A DNA stretch of 64,000 nt from a virus (lineage: Duplodnaviria; Heunggongvirae; Uroviricota; Caudoviricetes). Of the stretch, positions 1 through 8,274 are shown piece by piece. Within the stretch, counting starts at the first letter, position 1. Each line of letters opens with the position of its first letter. The DNA is taken from the IMG/VR virus record IMGVR_UViG_3300028888_000044, positions 96,001 through 160,000 of that record; one strand, given 5' to 3'. Below the pieces are notes generated by a model. The model saw nothing but the letters and a program-made list of their open reading frames with translations, was not told the DNA's origin and searched no databases. Made by a program: the position numbers and the translations under genes.

Positions 1-1
1 A

Positions 2-2809
2 TATACAAAGGCTGAAAGCGATGCCAAGTTTACAACCAAGGAGGAAACAAGCGCAATTGATGAACGTTTGGCAAATGCTGAATCAAGCATTTCTACGTTG
101 AACAGCAATGAACTTGTTGAAGGTTCTGTGGCTTACACAGCAAAGCAGTACGCTGATGATGTAAGACATTATGCTGAAACACTTGGCGATAGGATTGATG
201 CAAATGATGGAGCCATTTCCACATTGAACGGAAACGAGTTGCAAGAGGGTTCTGTAGCTTATACAGCAAAGCAGTATGCTGATGCAGTGAAGGATTACAC
301 CGACACAGTGAAGGGCGAGTTGAATGACAAGATTGATGATGCTCAAACAGAAATTGACGAGAGTGTCAAGAATGTTGCCTTGAACAAGCACGATGACAAC
401 GAGCGTACATATGACTTGGTATATACATTGAATAACGGTATTGCAATAACAGGTGGTACTTTGAACATTCCAGAAGACAAGTTCTTGAAGAGTGTTTCTT
501 ATGACCCAATCACAAAGAACCTCACCTTTGTATTCAATGTCGAAAGCGGTACTACTACAGAGGTGATTAACGTTGGAGACTTGGTTGACACATATTATGG
601 CGGTGAAACAACAACCATAAGTGAAAATCATATCATTGAGGTTAAGGTGTGTGACCACGAGCACAACGAATACTTGAAGGTTTGCCAAGATGGTTTGTTT
701 GTAGGTGGTGTGGATGAAGCTATTAGCGCAGCAACAAGCGGCAAGGCTGATGCAGACAGCGTATATACAAAGGCTGAAAGCGATGCCAAGTACGCAACCA
801 AGGAGGAAACAAGCGCAATTGAGGGAAGATTGTCAGATGCAGAAACAAATATTGCAGCGCTTGAAAACAGTGTTGCAACCATCGGAAGCAGTTTGTCTGC
901 ACTTGGAGATAGGGTTTCAGCAAATGAGCAAGCCATTACCACATTGAACGGAAACGAGTTGCAAGAGGGTTCTGTAGCTTACACTGCAAAGCAGTATGCC
1001 GATGCTGTAAGGAATGGTCTTACTCCAAGAGTAGATGCACTTGAGTCAAATGTTAATAGAATAAGCGGTGATGTTGCAACAAATACAAGCCATATTGCCG
1101 AATTGAGCTCATATACATATAGCATACTTGACAGTGCAAATGCATATACTAATGAGAAGGTTGAAGAATTGAACCAAGACATAGCTGAATGCAACGAAAG
1201 TATTGGCAACCTTATAAGTGATTTGGTTTCAACAAGTGGCGCTTTGCAGACAGCAATTGACCAGAAGGCAAATGCTAGTGACGTATACACCAAGAGTGAA
1301 GTATATAACAAGGAAGAGATTGACTCTATGATTGGTGGTATACCTTCATATAGTGGAGATATTACCGAATTGAGCGGACAAGTTCAAACTGTAAGCGGAC
1401 AAGTACAGACAATCAGTGGACAAGTTGAAACAACTAACAGCAAGATTGATACTGTAAGTGGTCAAGTTGGTACATTAAGCGGTCAAGTACAGACAATCAG
1501 TGGTCAAGTTGGAACAGTAAGTGGACAAGTTGAAACCACTAATGGAAAGATTGATACATTGAGCGGTCAAGTTATAACATTGAGCGGACAAGTACAGACA
1601 ATCAGTGGACAAGTTGAAACAGTAAGCGGTACTGCAAACAATGCCCTTGATTTAGCAAATGAAATCAAGTTGAAGTACAATTGGATTGTTGCAGATTCTC
1701 CAACAGTTGATTTGACAAAGAGTGACAGCACAAACAGTGGTTCTACGTTGACAGCAGATGTCAAGATTTCAACAGCAAGAAACAATGCTCTTAAGGCAGA
1801 CACAAGCGGCTTGTATGTCGGTTTGTCCAATTTGACATACAGTACAGCTGGTAATGAACTTACATTTACAAACTCAAATGGAGAAAGCACAATCTTGAGG
1901 TTGAATTCAGTTGATGTTGTAAAGAGCATCTATTATGATGGTGCATCAAATGAACTTGTATTCGTATACACAGCAGAAGGTGTTGAGAAGACCACAAGAA
2001 TTGATGCTACTGCATTCTTCAAGGGCATCTTTGGTACTTATGACGGAAACGTTAAGGTAGAAACCTATTTGGCTCCATCTGGTAGCAGTCAGAATGTTGC
2101 AACAGCAATTACTGCAAATCTTGATGTCAATAGAATCATTAGCACTGGTGATTCATTCACAAAGTATGTTCAAGTTGAGTTCAGAAAGAGTGCTGACAAC
2201 ACCATTTTGGGTTATGTCGGTATTTCAACACTTGACAGTAATGTATTGACAAAGGACAGTGACAATGAGTTGTATGTTCCAAAGGAGGCAACCAACTATA
2301 CTTGCATATATAGTGGCGAGACCGCAACTGTTCAAGAGGCAATTTCCGACTTGGAGAGGTTGGTAAACAGCAACAGCGATAACATATATAAGGTTGTTGG
2401 CGTTACAAGTGCCGATACCGAACTTACAGAATATATGTCTGGAAGCAGTTACTTGGAGGAAGCAGAAACTGTTGTTGAAGCATTGCTTACACTTGACGGT
2501 AAGATGGCAGAGGCAGCTGGTGAAATTGAAGAATTGCACGAGGCTGATGCATTGCTTGCACAAGAGATTATGGACTTGCAGAACAAGACCGCAATTGAGG
2601 GAATTGACACCAATTCTGCTGACATTACAGTGGTGACTACAAGTGCAAGGACTGACCAACCAACCACAATCCAAGTTGATGTCAAGTTGTCCGAACAGAA
2701 CATTACCGATGAAAGTGAAAGCCAAAGAGGTGAGAATATACTTCAAATCCTTAATGACGGTTTGTATTTTGGAGGTATTATCGACTGTGGTTCATATGAC
2801 GATGATTAA
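2..2809 (+). CDS. Fibre-like virion structural protein with internal repeats (5'-truncated by the window edge)
   Basis: The frame is open from base 2 (YTKAESDAK...), upstream of the TTG at 68. It has repeats TLNGNELQEGSVAYTAKQYADAV (x3), VYTKAESDAK and SGQVxT[VI] heptads, coiled-coil composition and a C-terminal IDCGSY. Confidence 0.65.
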   Translation, partial: YTKAESDAKFTTKEETSAIDERLANAESSISTLNSNELVEGSVAYTAKQYADDVRHYAETLGDRIDANDGAISTLNGNELQEGSVAYTAKQYADAVKDYTDTVKGELNDKIDDAQTEIDESVKNVALNKHDDNERTYDLVYTLNNGIAITGGTLNIPEDKFLKSVSYDPITKNLTFVFNVESGTTTEVINVGDLVDTYYGGETTTISENHIIEVKVCDHEHNEYLKVCQDGLFVGGVDEAISAATSGKADADSVYTKAESDAKYATKEETSAIEGRLSDAETNIAALENSVATIGSSLSALGDRVSANEQAITTLNGNELQEGSVAYTAKQYADAVRNGLTPRVDALESNVNRISGDVATNTSHIAELSSYTYSILDSANAYTNEKVEELNQDIAECNESIGNLISDLVSTSGALQTAIDQKANASDVYTKSEVYNKEEIDSMIGGIPSYSGDITELSGQVQTVSGQVQTISGQVETTNSKIDTVSGQVGTLSGQVQTISGQVGTVSGQVETTNGKIDTLSGQVITLSGQVQTISGQVETVSGTANNALDLANEIKLKYNWIVADSPTVDLTKSDSTNSGSTLTADVKISTARNNALKADTSGLYVGLSNLTYSTAGNELTFTNSNGESTILRLNSVDVVKSIYYDGASNELVFVYTAEGVEKTTRIDATAFFKGIFGTYDGNVKVETYLAPSGSSQNVATAITANLDVNRIISTGDSFTKYVQVEFRKSADNTILGYVGISTLDSNVLTKDSDNELYVPKEATNYTCIYSGETATVQEAISDLERLVNSNSDNIYKVVGVTSADTELTEYMSGSSYLEEAETVVEALLTLDGKMAEAAGEIEELHEADALLAQEIMDLQNKTAIEGIDTNSADITVVTTSARTDQPTTIQVDVKLSEQNITDESESQRGENILQILNDGLYFGGIIDCGSYDDD
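1370..1630 (+). repeat. 21-bp coding tandem repeat (SGQVQT[VI] heptads)
   Basis: About 10 copies of agYggHcaagt... in frame, with synonymous variation. Confidence 0.85.
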
Positions 2810-2813
2810 TGAT

Positions 2814-2863
2814 AAAAAAATGTTGGATACAGATGTTTGTACGCTGTATTCAACATTTTTTTT
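2814..2863 (+). terminator. Rho-independent terminator
   Basis: Inverted repeat aaaaaaatgttggatacag / ctgtattcaacattttttt just after the stop codon. Confidence 0.8.
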
Positions 2864-2905
2864 AAAAATATAAAAAAAATAGTGGATGTTTTGATTAATA
2901 TTCCA

Positions 2906-2913
2906 TATTTATA
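2906..2913 (+). promoter_or_regulatory. TATTTATA putative phage late promoter
   Basis: The same motif recurs about 12-50 nt upstream of many structural and cargo genes (11101, 13990, 19249, 21292, 24525, 28820, 31383, 47279; minus strand 53149, 56739, 57376). Confidence 0.55.
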
Positions 2914-2963
2914 TGTAAGTGAATAAAAAAAAATAATAACTAAAAAATAAAAACATTTAAAAA

Positions 2964-4448
2964 ATGGCACTTAGACATTTACAACTTTTAAGAAACAAGC
3001 CTATTGCTCAAAAAGGTAGAGAAGCAGCAAAGAATGCGGCAAAAACAGCAGCAGAAGATTTGAAGGATGGCGAACTTATTGTTGCAAGATATTTGATTGA
3101 TACTGGTGGTACACCTTCAGAGACAAATACCGCAATTGCTTTAGGTTTTAGAGTAGATGATGGTACAAATGCAGCTCATACTGTATTCTATGACCAAAGA
3201 GAATTAGAAGAAAAGATTAGTGGCTTAACTGGCAGCACTGAAGCTTTGGAAAAGGCTGTTGGTGTTAACCATAATGAGTCATCTATTACTAGTCACGTAA
3301 GTAGTACAAATTATATTAGTGGTGCGACTAGTGTTGTTAGTGGTTTGACAGCTCTTGATACTCAATTGAAGGCTACTGATGATATTGCTAAAGAAGTTAG
3401 AGCAGCAGTTGGTAGTTCAGCTAATACATTGACAGCAAATGGAAGCTATGTACAACCAAATCAAACTGTTAAGGAAGCAGTCCAAGCATTAGATACTCAA
3501 TTGAAGCAAGCTACTGATTCAACAGTTAAAGCTCACACTTTACTTGGCACTACATCTGGAGATACAGAATTTAGTGCAAATGGTACTTATGTAAATGGAA
3601 AGACAACTGTTAAAGCTGCGGTAGAAGCTTTGGATAGTGCAATCGTTAACAATGACGCAGCAGATGCTAATTTGAGAGCTGTTGTTGGTGTTGGTTCTGG
3701 AGCAACAACATTGACTATACCTGAACCAAATTATGTTGGTACATCACCTCAAGTAAGTGGGGCAATCAAGACCTTGGATACTGTTGAGAAGAATACAAGA
3801 GATGCTATTGGATTAGATGGTAGTGGTAACACAATCTCGTTGGATGGTACAAACTATATGTCTACTGCAACAACAGTGAAGAGCGGTTTGACAGCTCTTG
3901 ATTCAAACTTGGCAGCATTGAGTGGCGCAGTTACAACTAATAAGATTAATCCTACAGACACAATTGCAGTTACAACAGCAGATACTGGAACTACACTTGA
4001 TGTAAAGATAAGCACATCTGCAACAGAGCCATCAACATCTGGTAGTGAAGTTGATATGCACAAGAATATCATTTCTGCAACAACAGATGGTTTGTATGCT
4101 TTTGCTGATTTGCACTATACAGCTTCAACAAATACTTTGGAATTTGTTAACACTTACGGCAAAAAGTCTGTTCAATTGACTGGTTTGAAGGCTATTAAGG
4201 ATGTTGGATACAACTTATCTGCTGAAACCATTGAAATCGTATTTGAAACAACTAGCGGTGACAGTAAGGTTGACATTCCAATGGCTGGTCTTATCAATGA
4301 ATTTGAATTTATTGGTTCTAGTGAGAGTGGTGCAACACAAGCAAGCGCATCTCAACACAATGTTTCATTGGTTGAAGTAAGAGATACTGGAGCTGGTACA
4401 TCAAAGATTTATGGTGAAGTTAGTATCTTTGACTGTGGTACATACTAA
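2964..4448 (+). CDS. Fibre-like structural protein, partly paralogous to the upstream gene
   Basis: Repeats of the form Y-x5-TV-x2-[AG][VL]-x-ALD. It shares the DVKIS...GLY...NxLxFxN module and the C-terminal DCG[ST]Y with 2..2809. Confidence 0.65.
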   Translation: MALRHLQLLRNKPIAQKGREAAKNAAKTAAEDLKDGELIVARYLIDTGGTPSETNTAIALGFRVDDGTNAAHTVFYDQRELEEKISGLTGSTEALEKAVGVNHNESSITSHVSSTNYISGATSVVSGLTALDTQLKATDDIAKEVRAAVGSSANTLTANGSYVQPNQTVKEAVQALDTQLKQATDSTVKAHTLLGTTSGDTEFSANGTYVNGKTTVKAAVEALDSAIVNNDAADANLRAVVGVGSGATTLTIPEPNYVGTSPQVSGAIKTLDTVEKNTRDAIGLDGSGNTISLDGTNYMSTATTVKSGLTALDSNLAALSGAVTTNKINPTDTIAVTTADTGTTLDVKISTSATEPSTSGSEVDMHKNIISATTDGLYAFADLHYTASTNTLEFVNTYGKKSVQLTGLKAIKDVGYNLSAETIEIVFETTSGDSKVDIPMAGLINEFEFIGSSESGATQASASQHNVSLVEVRDTGAGTSKIYGEVSIFDCGTY

Positions 4449-4464
4449 TTGTTTGATATTTAAT

Positions 4465-4502
4465 AAAAAAATAGATGGCAAATTAATGTCATCTATTTTT
4501 TT
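4465..4502. terminator. Bidirectional terminator between convergent genes
   Basis: aaaaaaatagatggca / tgtcatctattttttt, with A and T tracts on either side. Confidence 0.8.
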
Positions 4503-4939
4503 TATAGTACCACATATTCTTTTTTTGCAAAGTCCTCACCAATGAAATAGTTGTATTTTTTAGCCCAATTCTCCAATTTTAGTTTATAATCTTTTGATTC
4601 ATCTAGCAGTGGGTATATTCCTTTCAGAACAGATTGGCTATATGGTTTTGCATTTAGCAGTCTGAAGAAATCATCTCTGTTAAGTTTCAAAGTTCTTTTT
4701 TCTGTATCTGAAGAGTCTGTTGTTTCTTGCAGACTATGCGTACCATTTTCGTTTTGCACAAGTTCCAATGTAAGGCTTTTTGGCTGATGCTCTTCAGTAT
4801 TATCTTCTTGTTTTATAGTTTCACTGAAAATAATTTCGATGGAATTTTCCTTTTCATTGAAAGATATAGATATTTGATTTCCATTGAAATTTATTGTATG
4901 CTCGTGAAGTTGTTTTAGTTCGTCTATCCCTATTTTCAT
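4502..4939 (-). CDS. Hypothetical protein
   Basis: 145-aa ORF, last gene of a tightly packed minus-strand operon. Confidence 0.6.
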   Translation of the reverse strand: MKIGIDELKQLHEHTINFNGNQISISFNEKENSIEIIFSETIKQEDNTEEHQPKSLTLELVQNENGTHSLQETTDSSDTEKRTLKLNRDDFFRLLNAKPYSQSVLKGIYPLLDESKDYKLKLENWAKKYNYFIGEDFAKKEYVVL

Positions 4940-4942
4940 ATA

Positions 4943-7537
4943 TTAGTTATATTTGTCTTCTGTTATTGTCACATCAAGCATTAATGCTTGATTATGGTTA
5001 TGCATTATCCAAAGGCTAGTTAGTCGTTCAGCAATGTAACCTCCAATTCTGTATTGATATGATATTTCATTATTTGGGCTGAAGTCTTTAAGATATTTGT
5101 CCTTGTTGTTCTTTATTCTGCTTTCTATGTCAATTCCGACTATTGAGATGTAAGTGTATAGTATTTTTTGCTGGAATTTGACATATTCCAAGAATTCGTC
5201 ACTTTTCATTATGAACATATTATATGGGAACATTGACTTTCCATTTAACAACTTATTCCATCCATTTATGTAATCTGGGTATAATTCGGCAATTATTCCA
5301 CTCACAATGTATAGGTCTTCGATATTGTGCGCATTCTTGTATTGCTCTTTGATGGTTGTCTTGAATGTAAGTATTTTTGGCGCTATTATTTCATATTTGC
5401 CGATTAGTTCATCTATATTTGGAATATCGTCCATAAAATTAAAATATCGTCTGTAATGACAGAATCCAACATATTTTTTTAGTTTTACTCGTTCAGCCAC
5501 ATAGAAATAAGACATTATCTCTGAATAGAAGCTACCTTTTAAGTCACCCCACGAATCGTTGTTTATTAACCGTGAGTCAACAATTTTGTATATGTTGTTC
5601 GTGAGAGGTGGTTTGAAATCAGTGTGGGTGCAAATGAAAATGTCCAAATCGTTTGGTTTGATATTTTTTTGATTGTCAACAGATTTATTTGCAACAACAC
5701 TTTTAAGAAAGTTTTTGACATTATTCATAAATTTGTCGTATGAATAATGAGATAAAATTTCATTCTGTGTATCAATTATTTGTTTTCTTTCTAGGCTGTT
5801 TAAAGATAATATTCTTTCTGCCACTTCAGATAAATTTGATTCATTTTCTGATAAATTAAAGAAAGTTCCTTTATTGAAAGTTACTTCTTTAAAACATTCA
5901 TTTTCATTAAGCAGAGCGATACATTCCATTTTATATGATTCTAGTATTGGCATTCCAAATCCTTCATATTCAGAAGAAAAAACAAAGAATTTTGCGTACT
6001 TGTATAGTGTAGCAAGCATTGTTTCGTCAGCAAAAATAGTGTGACTTCTCTTGAATATTTTGTTTTGCTTCAGCCATTTGATTTCGTATTCATTAAATTC
6101 TGAACCAGTACATACAAGATGTATGTTTTTATGCTTTCTTAAGAATGGAGAAATGTGTTTCAAGAACCAATCAAATCTTTTATAACCCCATCTTGTACCT
6201 ACATACAATATGTAATCATAATCAAACGGATTATTGTTATAATATGAAGTTCCAAACGTTGGGTTCAAAGCACGGCTTATTACGTGTATTTTCTTTTCAT
6301 CTACATTTAATAGCCTAATCAAATCCTTTTTGGTGCATTCTGTGTTTACTTCTATTGCAGATGCTTTTTGTACCATTTTTCGTTTCCCTATAATTTGTAG
6401 GTCATTTGGTGGAAACATACTAGTATATATTTCTGGAATCATATCGTGGACAGACATAACAAAAGGTTTATCACCTATATAATCCAAAAAATAAGTATTG
6501 TAGAAAGTGGGATAGAATATATCGAAATTACCTTTTGATAATTGTTCAATAGCATCTTGTGAAAAAGAAGTATCACCACTTTCGATTAATTCAGATAAAT
6601 ACTTGTTATTTGTTTTAGAAATAGCAAATTTGCCAACGAAATCTTGATAATTTCCTTTGGTTAACCCAATACCATTGTAATTATTTATTATTTCACTGTT
6701 ATTTAAACCATTTGCAATGTCAATATATAATCGAGATATTCCACCAAATTTCTGTAAACTATATATTTGACCATCGAATAAAATTTCAATTGGTTTTACC
6801 CAAGTTTCCTTATTGTTTTTGATTCTTGCTGCAATTATTGGGCTTGTTTTCTTGTTCAGTATACCATTTTCAGAATTTATAGTCTCTATATCATATATTT
6901 TTGAAAGCATAGAAAAAACAGATTGGTCGTGCCTATTTTCTATAAAATTAGGGCGATTTGGTATTGAACTTTTTTCATCAGTGCATAAATGGAAATGATT
7001 TGTCATTACATCATACCATTGATTTACAAAATCAACTGACTTTGGTTTTTTTGAAATAATTAATATACCAGCTCCACATTGTATGGCATTGTCAAAAATA
7101 TCAATATTGTGTTTATTGTATGTTTTATTTATATAATCATATAAATCCATTCTAGTGAAGTTGTTCTCAACATAAGGTCCATAACAAGGGCTTAATATTC
7201 CACTTTCTGAATTTGTAGCTATATCAATCCATTTTTTCAACTCAAGTCTGTTGTTATATATAAACATACATCCACAGTCAGCATAAACAACAATATCACC
7301 ATCTGTTAATGTTTCCAATTCCTTTTTGATGATATATGGTTTCCAAGACCAATAGCCATAACCTCTTTTGAATTCTTTAAAGAAAGAGCCGTTAGTCTTT
7401 AAGAATTGTTCGTCAAAGTCATTTTCTGTATATACTTTTATATCACTAAACAAATTCATATTTCTTGCTTCAAAGGAAATTCTTTCAGTAGAAAAATTGG
7501 ATTCGGTGTTGGCAAACGTGATAAAATTTATTTTCAT
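4943..7537 (-). CDS. Multi-domain glycosyltransferase (GT-A-like + GT4 + DUF4422-like)
   Basis: The N-terminal domain has WxWKP, YADCG and RHDQS. The middle GT-B domain has GGISRLY, SVHDMIPE and EYEGFGMPILE. The C-terminal domain has YVGFCHYRRYF, YNMFIM and RIGGYIAERL. Confidence 0.8.
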   Translation of the reverse strand: MKINFITFANTESNFSTERISFEARNMNLFSDIKVYTENDFDEQFLKTNGSFFKEFKRGYGYWSWKPYIIKKELETLTDGDIVVYADCGCMFIYNNRLELKKWIDIATNSESGILSPCYGPYVENNFTRMDLYDYINKTYNKHNIDIFDNAIQCGAGILIISKKPKSVDFVNQWYDVMTNHFHLCTDEKSSIPNRPNFIENRHDQSVFSMLSKIYDIETINSENGILNKKTSPIIAARIKNNKETWVKPIEILFDGQIYSLQKFGGISRLYIDIANGLNNSEIINNYNGIGLTKGNYQDFVGKFAISKTNNKYLSELIESGDTSFSQDAIEQLSKGNFDIFYPTFYNTYFLDYIGDKPFVMSVHDMIPEIYTSMFPPNDLQIIGKRKMVQKASAIEVNTECTKKDLIRLLNVDEKKIHVISRALNPTFGTSYYNNNPFDYDYILYVGTRWGYKRFDWFLKHISPFLRKHKNIHLVCTGSEFNEYEIKWLKQNKIFKRSHTIFADETMLATLYKYAKFFVFSSEYEGFGMPILESYKMECIALLNENECFKEVTFNKGTFFNLSENESNLSEVAERILSLNSLERKQIIDTQNEILSHYSYDKFMNNVKNFLKSVVANKSVDNQKNIKPNDLDIFICTHTDFKPPLTNNIYKIVDSRLINNDSWGDLKGSFYSEIMSYFYVAERVKLKKYVGFCHYRRYFNFMDDIPNIDELIGKYEIIAPKILTFKTTIKEQYKNAHNIEDLYIVSGIIAELYPDYINGWNKLLNGKSMFPYNMFIMKSDEFLEYVKFQQKILYTYISIVGIDIESRIKNNKDKYLKDFSPNNEISYQYRIGGYIAERLTSLWIMHNHNQALMLDVTITEDKYN

Positions 7538-7935
7538 ATTTTAACCTCTTTTTCCATTATTATGTTTCTTTGGGCGAGTTTTCCCATAACTTCATCAATA
7601 TCCATACCATATTGCAGAACCAATCTACATGGTTCTGGATATTCATCGTAGTCATCCATATTCTCGTATGCTAGTGCAACACACCCATCCATACAGTCTT
7701 GAAACCCGAAACAAGTAGAGTCTTGAATCAAGTCTAGTTTAATATCTGTTATGAAAGTATATTCCTCGTCATACGAACCTTCGTTTGGAATTAGCTCGTT
7801 GCATAGTCCGCAAGGCTTGTATTCGAAGTTTTCACCGAAGAATGAATCAACGTCATTGGTGAACAGAAGCTTGTATATGTTCTGTCCACCAATGTTTTCA
7901 CCAATATGCTTTATAAAGCAGAGTTTCTTATCCAT
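7534..7935 (-). CDS. Hypothetical protein
   Basis: 133-aa acidic ORF overlapping its neighbours by 4-8 nt. Confidence 0.65.
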   Translation of the reverse strand: MDKKLCFIKHIGENIGGQNIYKLLFTNDVDSFFGENFEYKPCGLCNELIPNEGSYDEEYTFITDIKLDLIQDSTCFGFQDCMDGCVALAYENMDDYDEYPEPCRLVLQYGMDIDEVMGKLAQRNIIMEKEVKI

Positions 7936-8254
7936 TGTTCTTCTTTGATACGTTTAGTTTCTTGTTGAAGTTGTCAAGAACAATCTCATATTTTGTTGTG
8001 TATGCACGACAGTCCTTGTTTACTCCATTCTTGTTTTCCCACCACTTTGTATCACCATTAATTGCTGAAGATGCGTTACTTGTGGCCGCTTCTTGGTCTA
8101 TAGTTTTTATTTTTTCACCGTTGATATAATAATTGCAAGGAAATGCATTGATTTCTAAAGAATCATTTCCTCTTTTTGTAATTTCAACTTTTATACCGTT
8201 TTCGATATAACATAGTGAAGTCAACTTATTTAAGTCGTTAATTGAAAATGTCAT
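7928..8254 (-). CDS. Hypothetical protein
   Basis: 108-aa ORF within the operon. Confidence 0.55.
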   Translation of the reverse strand: MTFSINDLNKLTSLCYIENGIKVEITKRGNDSLEINAFPCNYYINGEKIKTIDQEAATSNASSAINGDTKWWENKNGVNKDCRAYTTKYEIVLDNFNKKLNVSKKNNG

Positions 8255-8274
8255 AATATATATGTTTTAATTGA

